Assembly (NCBI GenBank): GCA_023247055.1
Contig: JAHFHF010000005.1
Coordinates: 18,985 to 82,984, forward strand
Length of the DNA stretch: 64,000 nucleotides
Direction: 5' to 3'
Source: Candidatus Omnitrophota bacterium
GTDB lineage: Bacteria > Omnitrophota > Omnitrophia > Omnitrophales > Aquincolibacteriaceae
Position 1 is the stretch's first letter. Every line of letters begins with the position of its first letter. Shown here piece after piece: positions 50,442-61,500 of the stretch. Below the pieces are notes generated by a model that made no database searches, was not told where the DNA came from, and saw only the letters and a program-made list of their open reading frames with translations. The position numbers and the translations under genes were made by a program.

Positions 50442-51947
50442 ATGAAAGGTAAAGTCTATCTCGCCGGCGCCGGACCCGGCGACCCGGGCCTTATCACGGT
50501 CACGGCTGCGCGGCTGCTTGAAGAAGCGGATGCGGTGGTCTATGACGGCCTGGTCAATCCGGTTCTGATTGAAAAGCTTGCCGCTGAAAAGTGGAACGTC
50601 AGCAAACACTTCCCTGTGCGTACGGCCAGGCACGGTGCCGATCAGACCCGCATTAATCAACTGCTTGTCAAGCTGGCGCGCCAGGGCAAGAACGTGGTGC
50701 GTCTTAAAGGCGGAGACCCGTTTATTTTTGGCCGTGGCGGGGAAGAAGCCTCTTTTTTAAAAAAGCATGGCATTGCTTTTGAAGTCGTGCCCGGGGTCAG
50801 TGCCGGACAGAGTGTTCCGGCCTATGCGGGTATTCCGGTTACCGACCGGCGTTTTGTTTCCAGTGTTACCTTTGTGACCAGCCATGAAGATCCGTCTAAG
50901 AAAAACAGCCTGGACTGGAATGCAGTCGCGCGGCTGGGCGGCACGCTGGTTTTTTTTATGGGCTGGAAAAATCTGGCAGAGGTTTCGCGCCGCCTGATCC
51001 GGGAAGGTTTGTCCGGCCGGACGCCCAGCGCGGCGATCCAATGGGGCACCTTGCCGGAGCAGAAGGTTGTGGAGGGGTCTTTAAAAGATATTGCTGCAAA
51101 AGTGCGGCGCGCGGATCTGCGTCCGCCTGCGCTGATCGTGGTCGGTAAGACCACGGGACTGCGCCGCGAACTGCAATGGTACGAAAAGAAACCGCTTTTT
51201 GGAAAAAAGATCGTGATCACCCGGCCTGAACATCAGAATGCCGCGCTGGCGGCGCTGCTGCGCGAACAGGGCGCAAACGTGATCGAATGTCCTGTTATCC
51301 GCATTCTTCCGCCCAAAAATTTTAAAGAGCTCGACAAGGCCTTGTGCCAACTCGACCTTTATGACTGGGTCCTTTTTGCAAGCACGAATGCCGCCGGTTT
51401 TTTCTTCAGCCGTCTTCACGCCCTTGGACTGGATACGCGCGTTTTGCGCGGCGTGAGCATTGCGGCCATGGGCCCCGCGACCGCGGCTTTTCTGGCCAGC
51501 CGGGGCGTGCGGGCTGATTTTGTGCCGACGCGTTTTGAAACAGGGGCGTTTGTGACGGCTTTGAAACGTAAAAAAGCCATTCAGGGAAAACATGTCTTGC
51601 TGCCCAGGACGGACATTGCTCCGCCGGATTTAAAACAAAGGTTGGAAAAGGTGGGAGCGAAGGTCACGACCGTGACAGCTTACCGCACGGTGCAGGACGC
51701 CGGTGTGCGTGCGCACCTGCGGCAGGTTGTGCAAGGGCCGCTGCCGGATGCCGTTCTTTTCGCCAGTGCGTCGTCCGTACGTTATTTTTTTCGTGCGCTG
51801 CCCCGCAAATTCTGGGGTAAAATGCGCGGCCGTTTGGTTTCGATCGGGCCGGCCACGACCGCGGCTTTGAAAGAACTCGGCCTGCGGCCGAAGGCGGAAG
51901 CGAAGTACCATACGGCGCAAGGACTGGTTAAAGCCATCCAGCAATAG
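50442..51947 (+). CDS. Fused uroporphyrinogen-III C-methyltransferase (CobA/SUMT) and uroporphyrinogen-III synthase (HemD).
   Basis: N-terminus VYLAGAGPGDPGLITV...VVRLKGGDPFIFGRGGEE is the SUMT signature. The C-terminal ~250 aa (KIVITRPEHQNAALAALL...) is HemD-like. Confidence 0.85.
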   Translation: MKGKVYLAGAGPGDPGLITVTAARLLEEADAVVYDGLVNPVLIEKLAAEKWNVSKHFPVRTARHGADQTRINQLLVKLARQGKNVVRLKGGDPFIFGRGGEEASFLKKHGIAFEVVPGVSAGQSVPAYAGIPVTDRRFVSSVTFVTSHEDPSKKNSLDWNAVARLGGTLVFFMGWKNLAEVSRRLIREGLSGRTPSAAIQWGTLPEQKVVEGSLKDIAAKVRRADLRPPALIVVGKTTGLRRELQWYEKKPLFGKKIVITRPEHQNAALAALLREQGANVIECPVIRILPPKNFKELDKALCQLDLYDWVLFASTNAAGFFFSRLHALGLDTRVLRGVSIAAMGPATAAFLASRGVRADFVPTRFETGAFVTALKRKKAIQGKHVLLPRTDIAPPDLKQRLEKVGAKVTTVTAYRTVQDAGVRAHLRQVVQGPLPDAVLFASASSVRYFFRALPRKFWGKMRGRLVSIGPATTAALKELGLRPKAEAKYHTAQGLVKAIQQ

Positions 51948-52055
51948 CGGTAAGAAGTAAAATATAAACGCGCCTCATCATTGCTCCCAACACCCATGTG
52001 TTGGAATTACGTAGGGCCTGAGGCATGCCTGAACCCTACGACTTGAGATTACTTC

Positions 52056-52146
52056 GTCATTGCGGGCAACGTTCACTTTGATGCCGAAGCAATCTCGGTT
52101 GCTTTTGGGATTGCTTCAGCTTCAGTGGAATGCCGCTTCGCAATGA
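52056..52146. mobile_element. GTCATTGCG-type MITE/REP-like element copy between cobA/hemD and hemB.
   Basis: GTCATTGCGGGCAACG...GCCGAAGCAATCTCGGTTGCTTTTGGGATTGCTTCAGC...GCCGCTTCGCAATGATG. Confidence 0.55.
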
Positions 52147-52177
52147 TGAAACGGCGCTTGGGCATCATCAGAGTGCG

Positions 52178-53203
52178 ATGAAAAAAAATAAAATAAAACC
52201 GTTTGATTTTCAATTTCCGGATTACCGGCCGCGGCGCATTCGCAGCCATGCGGTTTTGCGCAGCCTTCTGTGCGAGACACGTTTTGCGCCCGAACAACTG
52301 ATCATGCCTTATTTTGTGCGGGCGGGACACGGCGTCAAAGAATCCATCACGGCCATGCCGGGCCAATTCCGGTTTTCACCGGACACATTGCTGACAGAGT
52401 TGGACTCGCTGGCTGCCGGCGGCGTGCGCGCCCTCCTGCTTTTCGGGCTGACGGACTCTAAAGATAAAAAAGCCAGAGGCGCTTATGCGAAGACCGGAAT
52501 CATTCCGCAGACAATCCGTGCGGTAAAAAAGAAATTCCCCAAGCTGGCGGTCATCACCGATGTCTGCCTGTGTGCCTATACGAGCCACGGCCATTGCGGT
52601 CTTTTAAACGGCCGGGGTGAAATTGACAATGACGCTTCACTGCCGGTGCTGGCCAAAATGGCGCTTGCGCACGCGGAAGCCGGCGCCGATATGGTCTCGC
52701 CCAGCGATATGATGGACGGCCGTATTAAAGTCATCCGGCAAGTTCTCGACCGCCGGGGTTTTAAATCACTGCCTCTGATGAGTTATGCGGCTAAATACAA
52801 CTCGGCTTTTTACGGGCCTTTCCGCGAGGCCGCCCATTCAGCGCCTGGCCAAGGAAAAAATAGTCCCAAAGACCGCAAAAGTTATCAGATGGAACCTGCT
52901 AACCGCGAGGAGGCCCTGCGCGAAATTGCGCTCGACATTCGCGAGGGCGCGGACATCGTCATGGTAAAACCGGCGCTGGCTTATCTCGATATTCTGCGCG
53001 AAGCCAAAGAGAGGTTTCATTTTCCGCTGGCAGGGTATTTTGTGAGCGGGGAATATGCCATGATTAAGGCTGCGGCAGAAAAAGGCTGGCTGGATGAAAA
53101 GCAGGCCGTGCTCGAAGCTTTGACTGCCGTGTTTCGCGCAGGTGCCGATACCGTCATTACTTACCATGCTAAAGCCGCCGCATGCTGGCTGAACAGCCGT
53201 TAA
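52178..53203 (+). CDS. hemB: Porphobilinogen synthase (delta-aminolevulinate dehydratase).
   Basis: Canonical HemB, including the zinc-site region CLCAYTSHGHCG and the active-site Lys region. Confidence 0.92.
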   Translation: MKKNKIKPFDFQFPDYRPRRIRSHAVLRSLLCETRFAPEQLIMPYFVRAGHGVKESITAMPGQFRFSPDTLLTELDSLAAGGVRALLLFGLTDSKDKKARGAYAKTGIIPQTIRAVKKKFPKLAVITDVCLCAYTSHGHCGLLNGRGEIDNDASLPVLAKMALAHAEAGADMVSPSDMMDGRIKVIRQVLDRRGFKSLPLMSYAAKYNSAFYGPFREAAHSAPGQGKNSPKDRKSYQMEPANREEALREIALDIREGADIVMVKPALAYLDILREAKERFHFPLAGYFVSGEYAMIKAAAEKGWLDEKQAVLEALTAVFRAGADTVITYHAKAAACWLNSR

Positions 53204-53221
53204 ATTTCATGAAAGGAAGTT

Positions 53222-53884
53222 ATGACTTTGCAAAAACCGGATTTGAACAGCGCTGAACTTCTTGAAGCTTTAAAATGGCGCTATGCCGCCAAACTTTTTG
53301 ATGCTTCAACAAAAATCTCTCCTGAAATTTGGAGCGCTTTGGAAGAAGCGCTGATTCTCTCGCCATCGTCCTATGGGCTGCAGCCTTGGAAATTTCTTGT
53401 GATTAGGGATCAGGGCTTGAAAGAACGGCTGGTGCCGCTGTCGTGGAACCAGCGCCAGGTCGCGGATTGCTCGCATTACGTGGTGTTTGGTGCGAAAATC
53501 AACATCACGAGCCGGGATGTGGATGCTTGGATCAACCGCATGGCCGAAGTGCGCGGGGTCTCCCTGGAATCTCTTGGAGTTTACCGGGAGTGGATGGTCA
53601 AAGACCTGGTGCAGGGCCCGCGGCATGACGTGATCCATGAGTGGGCGGCGCGGCAGTGTTATCTCGCTTTGGGAAATTTTATGACTTCCGCCGCGCTGCT
53701 TGGGATTGATACCTGTCCGATGGAGGGTTTGGAGCCGGAAAAATACGATGCGCTGTTAGAATTGCCGGACAAAGGATTTAAAACCGTTGTGGCCTGTGCT
53801 GCCGGTTACCGCTCCGGCTCTGACAAATACGCTTCTCTCGCGAAGGTCCGTTTTAAAAATCCCGACGTTCTCGAAAAAATTTAG
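53222..53884 (+). CDS. NAD(P)H nitroreductase family protein.
   Basis: AAGGAAG ribosome-binding site. N-terminus ...LEALKWRYAAKLFD... and overall nitroreductase-fold character (...SPSSYGLQPWKFLVI...). Confidence 0.8.
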   Translation: MTLQKPDLNSAELLEALKWRYAAKLFDASTKISPEIWSALEEALILSPSSYGLQPWKFLVIRDQGLKERLVPLSWNQRQVADCSHYVVFGAKINITSRDVDAWINRMAEVRGVSLESLGVYREWMVKDLVQGPRHDVIHEWAARQCYLALGNFMTSAALLGIDTCPMEGLEPEKYDALLELPDKGFKTVVACAAGYRSGSDKYASLAKVRFKNPDVLEKI

Positions 53885-53897
53885 CGCAAATCTTATT

Positions 53898-53982
53898 TTG
53901 TCATCCCGAATTCTTTGTTTGTCCCAGAATGACATGAGCCGTTGGGGCATGCCTGGCCACGACGGCTCAGGATGACAAATAA
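53898..53982. terminator. Long hairpin in the convergent nitroreductase (+) / pfk (-) intergenic region.
   Basis: Outer arms TTTGTCATCC ... GGATGACAAA enclose GGGGCATGCCTGG and a TGTCCCAGAATGACA sub-palindrome. Confidence 0.4.
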
Positions 53983-53992
53983 ATGAAAATTA

Positions 53993-55084
53993 TTAATCCC
54001 CGAAACACGTGCCCACGGCGCGTGCGGTGCAAACTTCGTCAGATTGGGGATCGACGGTGCGCAGACGGCTGACCGCTTCTTCCAGAGCGACCGATTCGAT
54101 TTCCTGCCCCCGTAAAACGACCATTCGCCCATACTGTTTCTTGGCAAAAAGCGCGACGGCATGCACGCCGAAGCGTGTTGCCAGCCAGCGGTCAAATGAC
54201 GTCGGAATGCCCCCGCGCTGCAGATGCCCAAGCACAGTGACGCGGCTTTCGAGACCGGTGATGGTCTGAATTTGATTGGCAACCGTATGGCCGATGCCGC
54301 CGAGGCGGACCGGGTCGGGTGAGCCGGCCACTCTCTGCTGGACCATAGCCTCTCCCCCCAAGGGCTTGGCGCCTTCGGCCACGACAATTAGACTAAAACG
54401 TTTGCCGCGCCGGATGCGGGCCTCGATCGCTTCACGGATTTTGTGGATGTCATAGGGAATTTCCGGAATTAAAATCACATCGCCGCCGCCGGAAATGCCG
54501 GAGCGCAGGGCGATCCATCCCGCATAGCGCCCCATGACTTCCAGAACCATGGCGCGGCCATGCGATTCCCCGGTGGTATGCAGCCGGTCCACGGCTTCTG
54601 TGGCGATAGCCAGCGCAGAATCAAAACCAAAAGTCACATCGGTGCAAGCCAGATCGTTGTCGATGGTTTTTGGGATGCCAATCATGGGGACGCCGAGTTT
54701 TGAAAGTTTGAGCGCGATGGTTTGCGTCCCGTCGCCGCCGACAGCAATCAAACCGTCGAGCTTGTGTTTTTTAAGCGTTCGAAGAGCGTCCTGCGACCGG
54801 TCTTGAATCGAAATTTCGCCGTTGGCCTTGCGTTCGGCATAACGGAACGGTTCGGCCGTATTCGACGTCCCTAAAATGGTCCCGCCTTTTTGCAGAATGT
54901 CCGAGACCATGGCTTCCGTAAGCGGAAGCGTCCGGTCTTCAACCAGCCCCGCATACCCATCTAAAATTCCGAGGACTTCACAGTGATGATGGAAAAAAGA
55001 AGACTTCACCACAGCGCGGATCACTGCGTTGAGTCCCGGGCAATCGCCCCCTCCGGTCAAAATTCCGATTCGCAAACACGCCAT
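53993..55084 (-). CDS. pfkA: 6-phosphofructokinase (PfkA family).
   Basis: GILTGGGDCPGLNAVIR, GGDGT and PKTIDNDL motifs. Residue 104 is Gly and residue 124 is Lys (E. coli numbering), so phosphoryl-donor specificity (ATP versus PPi) cannot be decided from sequence. Confidence 0.9.
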   Translation of the reverse strand: MACLRIGILTGGGDCPGLNAVIRAVVKSSFFHHHCEVLGILDGYAGLVEDRTLPLTEAMVSDILQKGGTILGTSNTAEPFRYAERKANGEISIQDRSQDALRTLKKHKLDGLIAVGGDGTQTIALKLSKLGVPMIGIPKTIDNDLACTDVTFGFDSALAIATEAVDRLHTTGESHGRAMVLEVMGRYAGWIALRSGISGGGDVILIPEIPYDIHKIREAIEARIRRGKRFSLIVVAEGAKPLGGEAMVQQRVAGSPDPVRLGGIGHTVANQIQTITGLESRVTVLGHLQRGGIPTSFDRWLATRFGVHAVALFAKKQYGRMVVLRGQEIESVALEEAVSRLRTVDPQSDEVCTARAVGTCFGD

Positions 55085-55537
55085 AAGATCTCATTTCTGA
55101 TTACGCAAGTTGAAAAATATTTTTTCGCCGTATAAAGATTCCTCAGCTTAAAATTATATCTTATAGGTATCTTTTATTCTAAAAAATACATCTAATGATA
55201 AAAAAAGCATCTGAAGACCGCTTTTGGACTTATGACAAATATGTGTTTGGCGCGCTTCGAAAAAACCATACTTTTTTGTCTTGCAAGGATGACAGACGTA
55301 AATACTCTATGCCGTAACTGCTTTTATCATAAGGAGTTATATCCATATACTATATACAAAAAATTTTGGCATGGATGATGCTATATTCCCGCCTTCTGCG
55401 AAATCAAAAGGCAAATATGACTGAGCAGCAGCCTCTGGAATGAAAAACAAGGCATTTTTTTTGTCTAATAATTAAGGAGTTTAAAAATTAATTATTAAAT
55501 TATTTTTAGTAAATTTTTTATTTTGAAGAGGGAGACA

Positions 55538-58500
55538 ATGAACCTTGAGCAAGTTCATACTACGCTAGAAAAAAAAACAAAGACTGCGGCAACGAAAGGC
55601 TATAAAAAAATCGTTGCGGTCTTTTTGGCCGTCCTTTTAATTCTACAAGAGGCTGTTTTCGCAACTCCCTCCGGGAATTTTATCTCCGGAACGCTGACAA
55701 CAACGCCCTCTGCGATTTCCGATCTCGTTTTACCCCGCGCCAGAGTTCTTGAAGGTATTTTTGCCCGTCTCCATTTGCCCGCCGAATTTGGGAAAATTGA
55801 CAATTTTTATTGGGGAGACTCCCGCCGGACAGTGATCCATATTCGCGATTTGCACATCAATACAGAAGCTCAGCATAAGATCGCCCGCATAATCCAGCGG
55901 GTGTCAGAACGTTATGGCGTCCGCCTTGTACTGCTTGAAGGAACTTCGGGAGAACTGGCGCATGGGCTGCTTTCCCGTTATCCCGACCGCAAAGCGCGCG
56001 TGTTGACCGGCCGGGCCTTTTTAAACGAGGGTAAAATGACGGGGCCCGAATATTTGGCCGTTACAAGAAATCCAGGTTTGATTCTTTATGGAGTCGAAAA
56101 TCAAGAACTTTATGAGCAGAACCGCGCGGCACTCCTGAAGGCCGTGGATCTGGGACACGGATTGAAAGGACATTTGGAAGATCTGCGGGAAAATGTAAAA
56201 ACGCTGGCTGTCCGGATTTTTCAAAAAAATATCAGGGACTGGATTAAAAACCGCGAATTATTTCAGAATAACCAGCAGTCCATCGCAGACTACGCCCGTT
56301 TTTTGAAGCAGGTTTGCGAGCAGGAAAATCTGCCAACAGATACGCCCCAACTCCGGCGTCTGTTAAAACTTGAAAAAATTGAGAGCCGGCTGCGGCGGGA
56401 AGGACGCTTTAAGAACGAAATCGAACTCGCGCGGTATCTCGAAACGGTTTTAAAACAAGAAGGCGGTCTGGATGCGGGAATTTTCGATGAAATCAAACAA
56501 ATCGAAAAGACGCTTGAAGCGCATTGGTTTATGCCGCCGTCAGGCCTTCCCTGGGATTTGACCTCGCCAGTCTCTCAAGCCGTCAGCCAGCTTTATAAAC
56601 TTTTCCGCATTCTTGAGGTTTATAAAAAAATGTTCGCGCTCAGCCTGACACGCGAAGACGTGGAATTTCTTTATCAAAACCGCGAAGATTTTGACCCGTA
56701 CGCTTTGAGTGATGCGCTCAGCCGTTTAGGACACCGTTATTCTCTGGAGATTTCTACGCGCGCTTTCCCATTCATGGAGTTCGAAGCCGCGCTCGAGGCC
56801 TATGAAGATTTTTATAAGCTGGCGCTGGCCCGCGACGAAACACTGATGACAGAATCGTTGAAAAGCATGAAACACTACCATGAGACCATCGCAGTTCTTG
56901 TCACGGGGGGATTTCACACTCCGGCAATTGAAGAGCGATTGAAAAAAGAAGGCTATAATTTTTGCACCATTACCCCTGCACTGCAGAGCGGCATTGATTT
57001 TGCCAAAGACAAGAAACTGTATTTTAGAGCCATGCAAATGCCGCAGTCTCCGGTCGCCCGCTATGCAGGTGCTGGCGATCCAACGATGCAGCTTCAAGTG
57101 CCTAGTCTATTTCCCGTGAAAAGTGCGTTTGGGGCTTTGGGAACAAAACTAGACCTTCCCCGGTGGATGGTAACCTATGACCGCGCCGGCGATTTGGCGA
57201 CGATGATGATAGCCCTCGCAGCAACAGGGCTTCGCCGCGCCGTACCCGGCCTTCAGCCCCGCCTTCAAAGCGCATTCAACGAATTAAGTCCCGAAGAACA
57301 AGTTCTCGCCGGAATTTACCGGCGTATTCACGGAGTGCAAACGCTTGCGCGATCACTGGATGCCCGGACCGGAAGCGCCGTCGTCCCGTTTACTGCGGAC
57401 ATGGGTTTTGGATTGGAATTCAATTGGAGGCCCGCGCCGTTTGGTTCTGCCGCGTCTGAAAACCCGCGGCGGCAGAGTTTTTCATTCGTGACGCCGGACG
57501 GAGTGCGTTCCGAAGTGCGGATTTTGACCGAACCCCTGCTGGCCGATATCGCCGGCAGAAATTTTTTACGCGCAGCGCAAAAACAAAAATTCACAAGCGC
57601 TGCCGCACCGCTGCCAAGCCGCGAGCCAGCGGTCTCCATGCAGGCTAAAGTCCGGCAGGCATCCCGGGTTAGAACCACGCGCAGCATCCTTGTGAATTCC
57701 AACATTCCCGTTCCGGTTAAAACGAGGACGCCGGCAGTGAAGAGCCCTGGGCAGTTTACGTTTTCAACACTCACAGTCCCGAGTCTTAACCCGCTTCCCG
57801 AACTGGCAGCTCTGGCATTGACAGCTGCGCTTAGCGGCGGTTTTGGCATGCTGCCATGGATGGCAGTTCTCATACGCCTGAGTTGGTTTTCTTCGATTTT
57901 TGCACATGGATTCGGCCACGTTCTCTTTAAGTGGATTGTCGATCAGAATCATCCCTTTGATTTACGCGAATCCCTGGAAGGCATAAGCGCGCGTGAATTT
58001 TGGACCGGTCTTATTCCCTTCACGGCCATTTATACGCCCGGTTTATCCGCCAAAATTCCGGCGCCTGTTTCGGCGGGGGAGCGTGATGCGAAAAAAATTT
58101 CCTTTAAAGCTTTGGGGGGCCCAGCACTGAATCTGTTCGGAGCTGCCGCGGCGGCATTTTTGCTGTTTTCTACGGCGCTCAGCGGCCCAGCGGCAGCAGG
58201 GCTTTATACAGCTTTGATTTTCAATACGTTATTTGCGGCGCTTTCATGGTCGGATTATATGTCTTGGGCTGCGGGGTCGGCGCCTTGGGGGTTTGCCTGC
58301 GGTTATCTGGATTATGTGGGGCCGCGCCTCAGCACAGATGACAAATCCCTTGTCCCCGAGGATTACATTGAAAGCATCTACAACTCCACGCGTATTTTGA
58401 GCGGCCGCGGTAACCAGGCCTATGGATTTCAATCCATGGCACTCGACCGTAACGGCCATGTTGTCTTTTTAGGATTGAAAGATGTAAATCCCAAGCGCGC

Positions 58501-61500
58501 GGTGCTTCACAGCCGGCTGCGCGGCGATTTAAAAAGGGAAGTCTTGGCCGCACGGCGCGATGGTTTCAGACCGCTTGAAGATCTGATCGAGTACTCGTCC
58601 CATCTGCGTTTTGGAACTTCGACGCCGCCGTCTAAAAAAGAAACCCACCCGCATCCCAGTCCTGAACTTCTGACGACCTACTACGATTGGACAAGAGGAA
58701 CAAAAGAAATTAATGCCCGAAATGCTAATTTTCAGATCAGCGTGCGTCATAACGGGGATAACGACGGCACGAAAGAAGAAGAGCAGATTCTTGAGGCCTA
58801 TCCCATTTATGCTTTTGGCAAAGAGATGAGTTATAAAGAAATCCGCAGGGAACTGAGCCGTATCCTGTATGAGGATACCACTCAAGGAGACTCGCCTGTG
58901 ATTGCGTCGATGCTTGCGCTCTATGCAACTCAAGGCCGCTGGGGCGCTTCGGCGCGTCTGGCCTATTTGATGATGGCAGGGTCTTTGGGGGAATCCTTTA
59001 AAGGCCTGAGCCATCCGAAAGCTATTGATAAGATCACGCAGCGCTGGGGCGATATTTTTGACGCGGAGTTTCAGCGGTTTAAGACGAAGATTTTTACCCA
59101 GCAGAAGGGCCGGTGGGTCCCTGACCGTACGGTGATCGCAGGCGAATTTTTGCCGGCCCTGCATCAGAGTGCCGCCGCGCGGCTGAGAGGGGACAAGTAT
59201 CTCGGCGCCTTACCGGTGGATGTTTTGAGTGCTTTTATTGAGAGCGCTGTGTTTGCTTTTTTGCACCAAGATACTTATCGCGCGATTCAAATGCTGATGG
59301 CGACATCGCTTCCTTCGAGCACTTTCGGGCTTTCCGTGAGTTCTACGTTGGAGCCTAAGACCAAATTCTGGGTCGCGAAGGGCCAGCCCGGTGCGCTTGG
59401 ACATAATCCCGATACCGGTGCGTTCATTGCAGCTTCCGATCCGGGAGCTGTTTTCGAAGGCCTCAATGAGCGCTCACGTTTTCTGACGTTTAATGACGAT
59501 CAGGGCGAAATTATCCGGCTGGATATGTCCCAAGCCCGCGCGCCGGTTTTAAATATTTTTTCTATGGCGGCCCACCGCGAGTTGAGCCCGCAAGAGATCC
59601 AAGCGCGCTGGGTAGCCATTGCAGGCAATCCCTACATTCAACTTCCGCCTTCTCAGGACGGCCGTTCCAATTTGAAGCGCGATTTAGAAGAACTCAATGA
59701 TATTTTGATCAATGTCAATGACAGCTTCGATGCGCGGTATCGTGCCAGCCGCAAAGCCCCTTCCAATCGCATAACAGCCGACCGGTTTAATACGGCGCTG
59801 ATTGAAATAGCCCGCCAGAAAAAAAACCGGGATGATCATGAAGCAGACATCCTTTTTATTGCGGAAGGTCCGAGTTACGACTTGCTTCAGCGCAAAATTC
59901 AAGACTTGAAATCCCTCGCTCCCGGCATCCGCGTCCACGTCGTTCAGGGCAATCAGTATATGGAAAATAAAGATGCGTATTACTCCGGCATCGGATCGGC
60001 TTTTAAAATCGGAAAAGAGACCATTGTTTTTTCGGTCAGCCAATCGGGTATGACGTTTTCGAATGTCGAAGCTGTCCGCGATGCGGAAATTATGAGAAAA
60101 AACAGCCTGCTCAAGGATGTTTTTGTAATGACAGGAGAGTGGTTCAGCGTTTTAGGGCGCTCTCTGGGCCAGGATTATTTTCCGGACTCCGATTTCAGCG
60201 GGCGTATTTTTTCTAATATGAGCGGACGGCGCTATTCCGAAGCGGCCACGATGGCAGATGCGACTGACTTTTTTCTAACTAAACTTTTAATCGATGCTTT
60301 TAAAAATCTGGCGGCCCAAAGCCCGGCCGATGTTTCCGCGGCCCCGCTGTTTGGGGTGAAGTTATCCGTTTCTGAACTCAACCGGCTTGAAGCCAATATT
60401 GCTCCGTTTTTGCATAGCGGGATCGCAAAAATTACGGGCCGGGGCGCCCATGGCCGCGAGGTCCGGTCTCCGGAGAATGAGGGGCTGCTGTTGCAGGGGC
60501 AAGATATTGCGAATCATATCTCGGAACAATTTTTTGCGACGAGCATGGTCCGGTTCTATACCTTTGTCAGCACGCAGCTCAGCCTGCCTGTTTTTAAAGT
60601 GCTGGCGCTTCTTTTCACGATGACCGCTCTATGGGCTACGGGCGTCGAATCTTTCAGCGTGCTTCTTCAGAATATTTCGACGCTGGAAATGGCGATGTTT
60701 TTCGGCGTTTGGTTTATCGCCCACGAGGCCGACGCCTTTTTTTATACCTGGCAGGACAAATTTTTTATTTATCTTATCCGGTTTATGCAGGGAAGAGAAA
60801 TCATGGCGCGCACCGGTTCCCGTTTTCTCGCCATCGGAGGCCCCTACTGGTCGCTGTTAAGAGACTACTTCCGCGCCGCTTTGCTCGAAGCGCCTGCGGG
60901 ACTGCAGCTGGCGGGCGTCGATGGGCGAGAAACGGCCGGTGATTTTGTGCATCGCTTCAAAGACTCGCCGCGCGGGACGCTGGTACTTATTCAGACGGCC
61001 GATCCTGAAAATGCGACGACGGCGCAGGATTCCGCGGCCGGGGCCTGGAAAATGGCCATGAGCCAGCTCGACGGCGTGCGTAATTTTAATGTCGGGCCTT
61101 ATATTCTTGCCAATACCACCAACCCGAAGCTAGCCGGGCGCTATAAGGCCCGGACCGTCGCCGTGAGCGCTCCCGCAGTTCAAGCCCCGGATGACATTGA
61201 CCGCATGCTGAACGTGCGCTGGTTTGAGGAATTGAAACTTCTGGTGAGCGGCCAGGTCATTGCTGCCGAAATGGCGGAAAAACTTTCTAAAATCGAAGTG
61301 CCTTTTTATGTGCGCCGCTCCGAGTCTGCCTATGCCTATCTTTTGCAAGCATTTCTTGGATTTTTTTCACGCATTTATTCTGCACTGGTCCTGCGGGCCA
61401 ATGATTTCATGATGCAGAATTTATTCCGCGCGGCGCCCTATGACCGCATGTTTACGCCGGGTAAAGGACAGAGCGGCTTGACTGTTTTCACCACGCAAAT

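Noticed and set aside
53893-54387. 164-aa minus-strand ORF.
   Set aside because: It overlaps the well-supported pfkA gene in another frame and is spurious.
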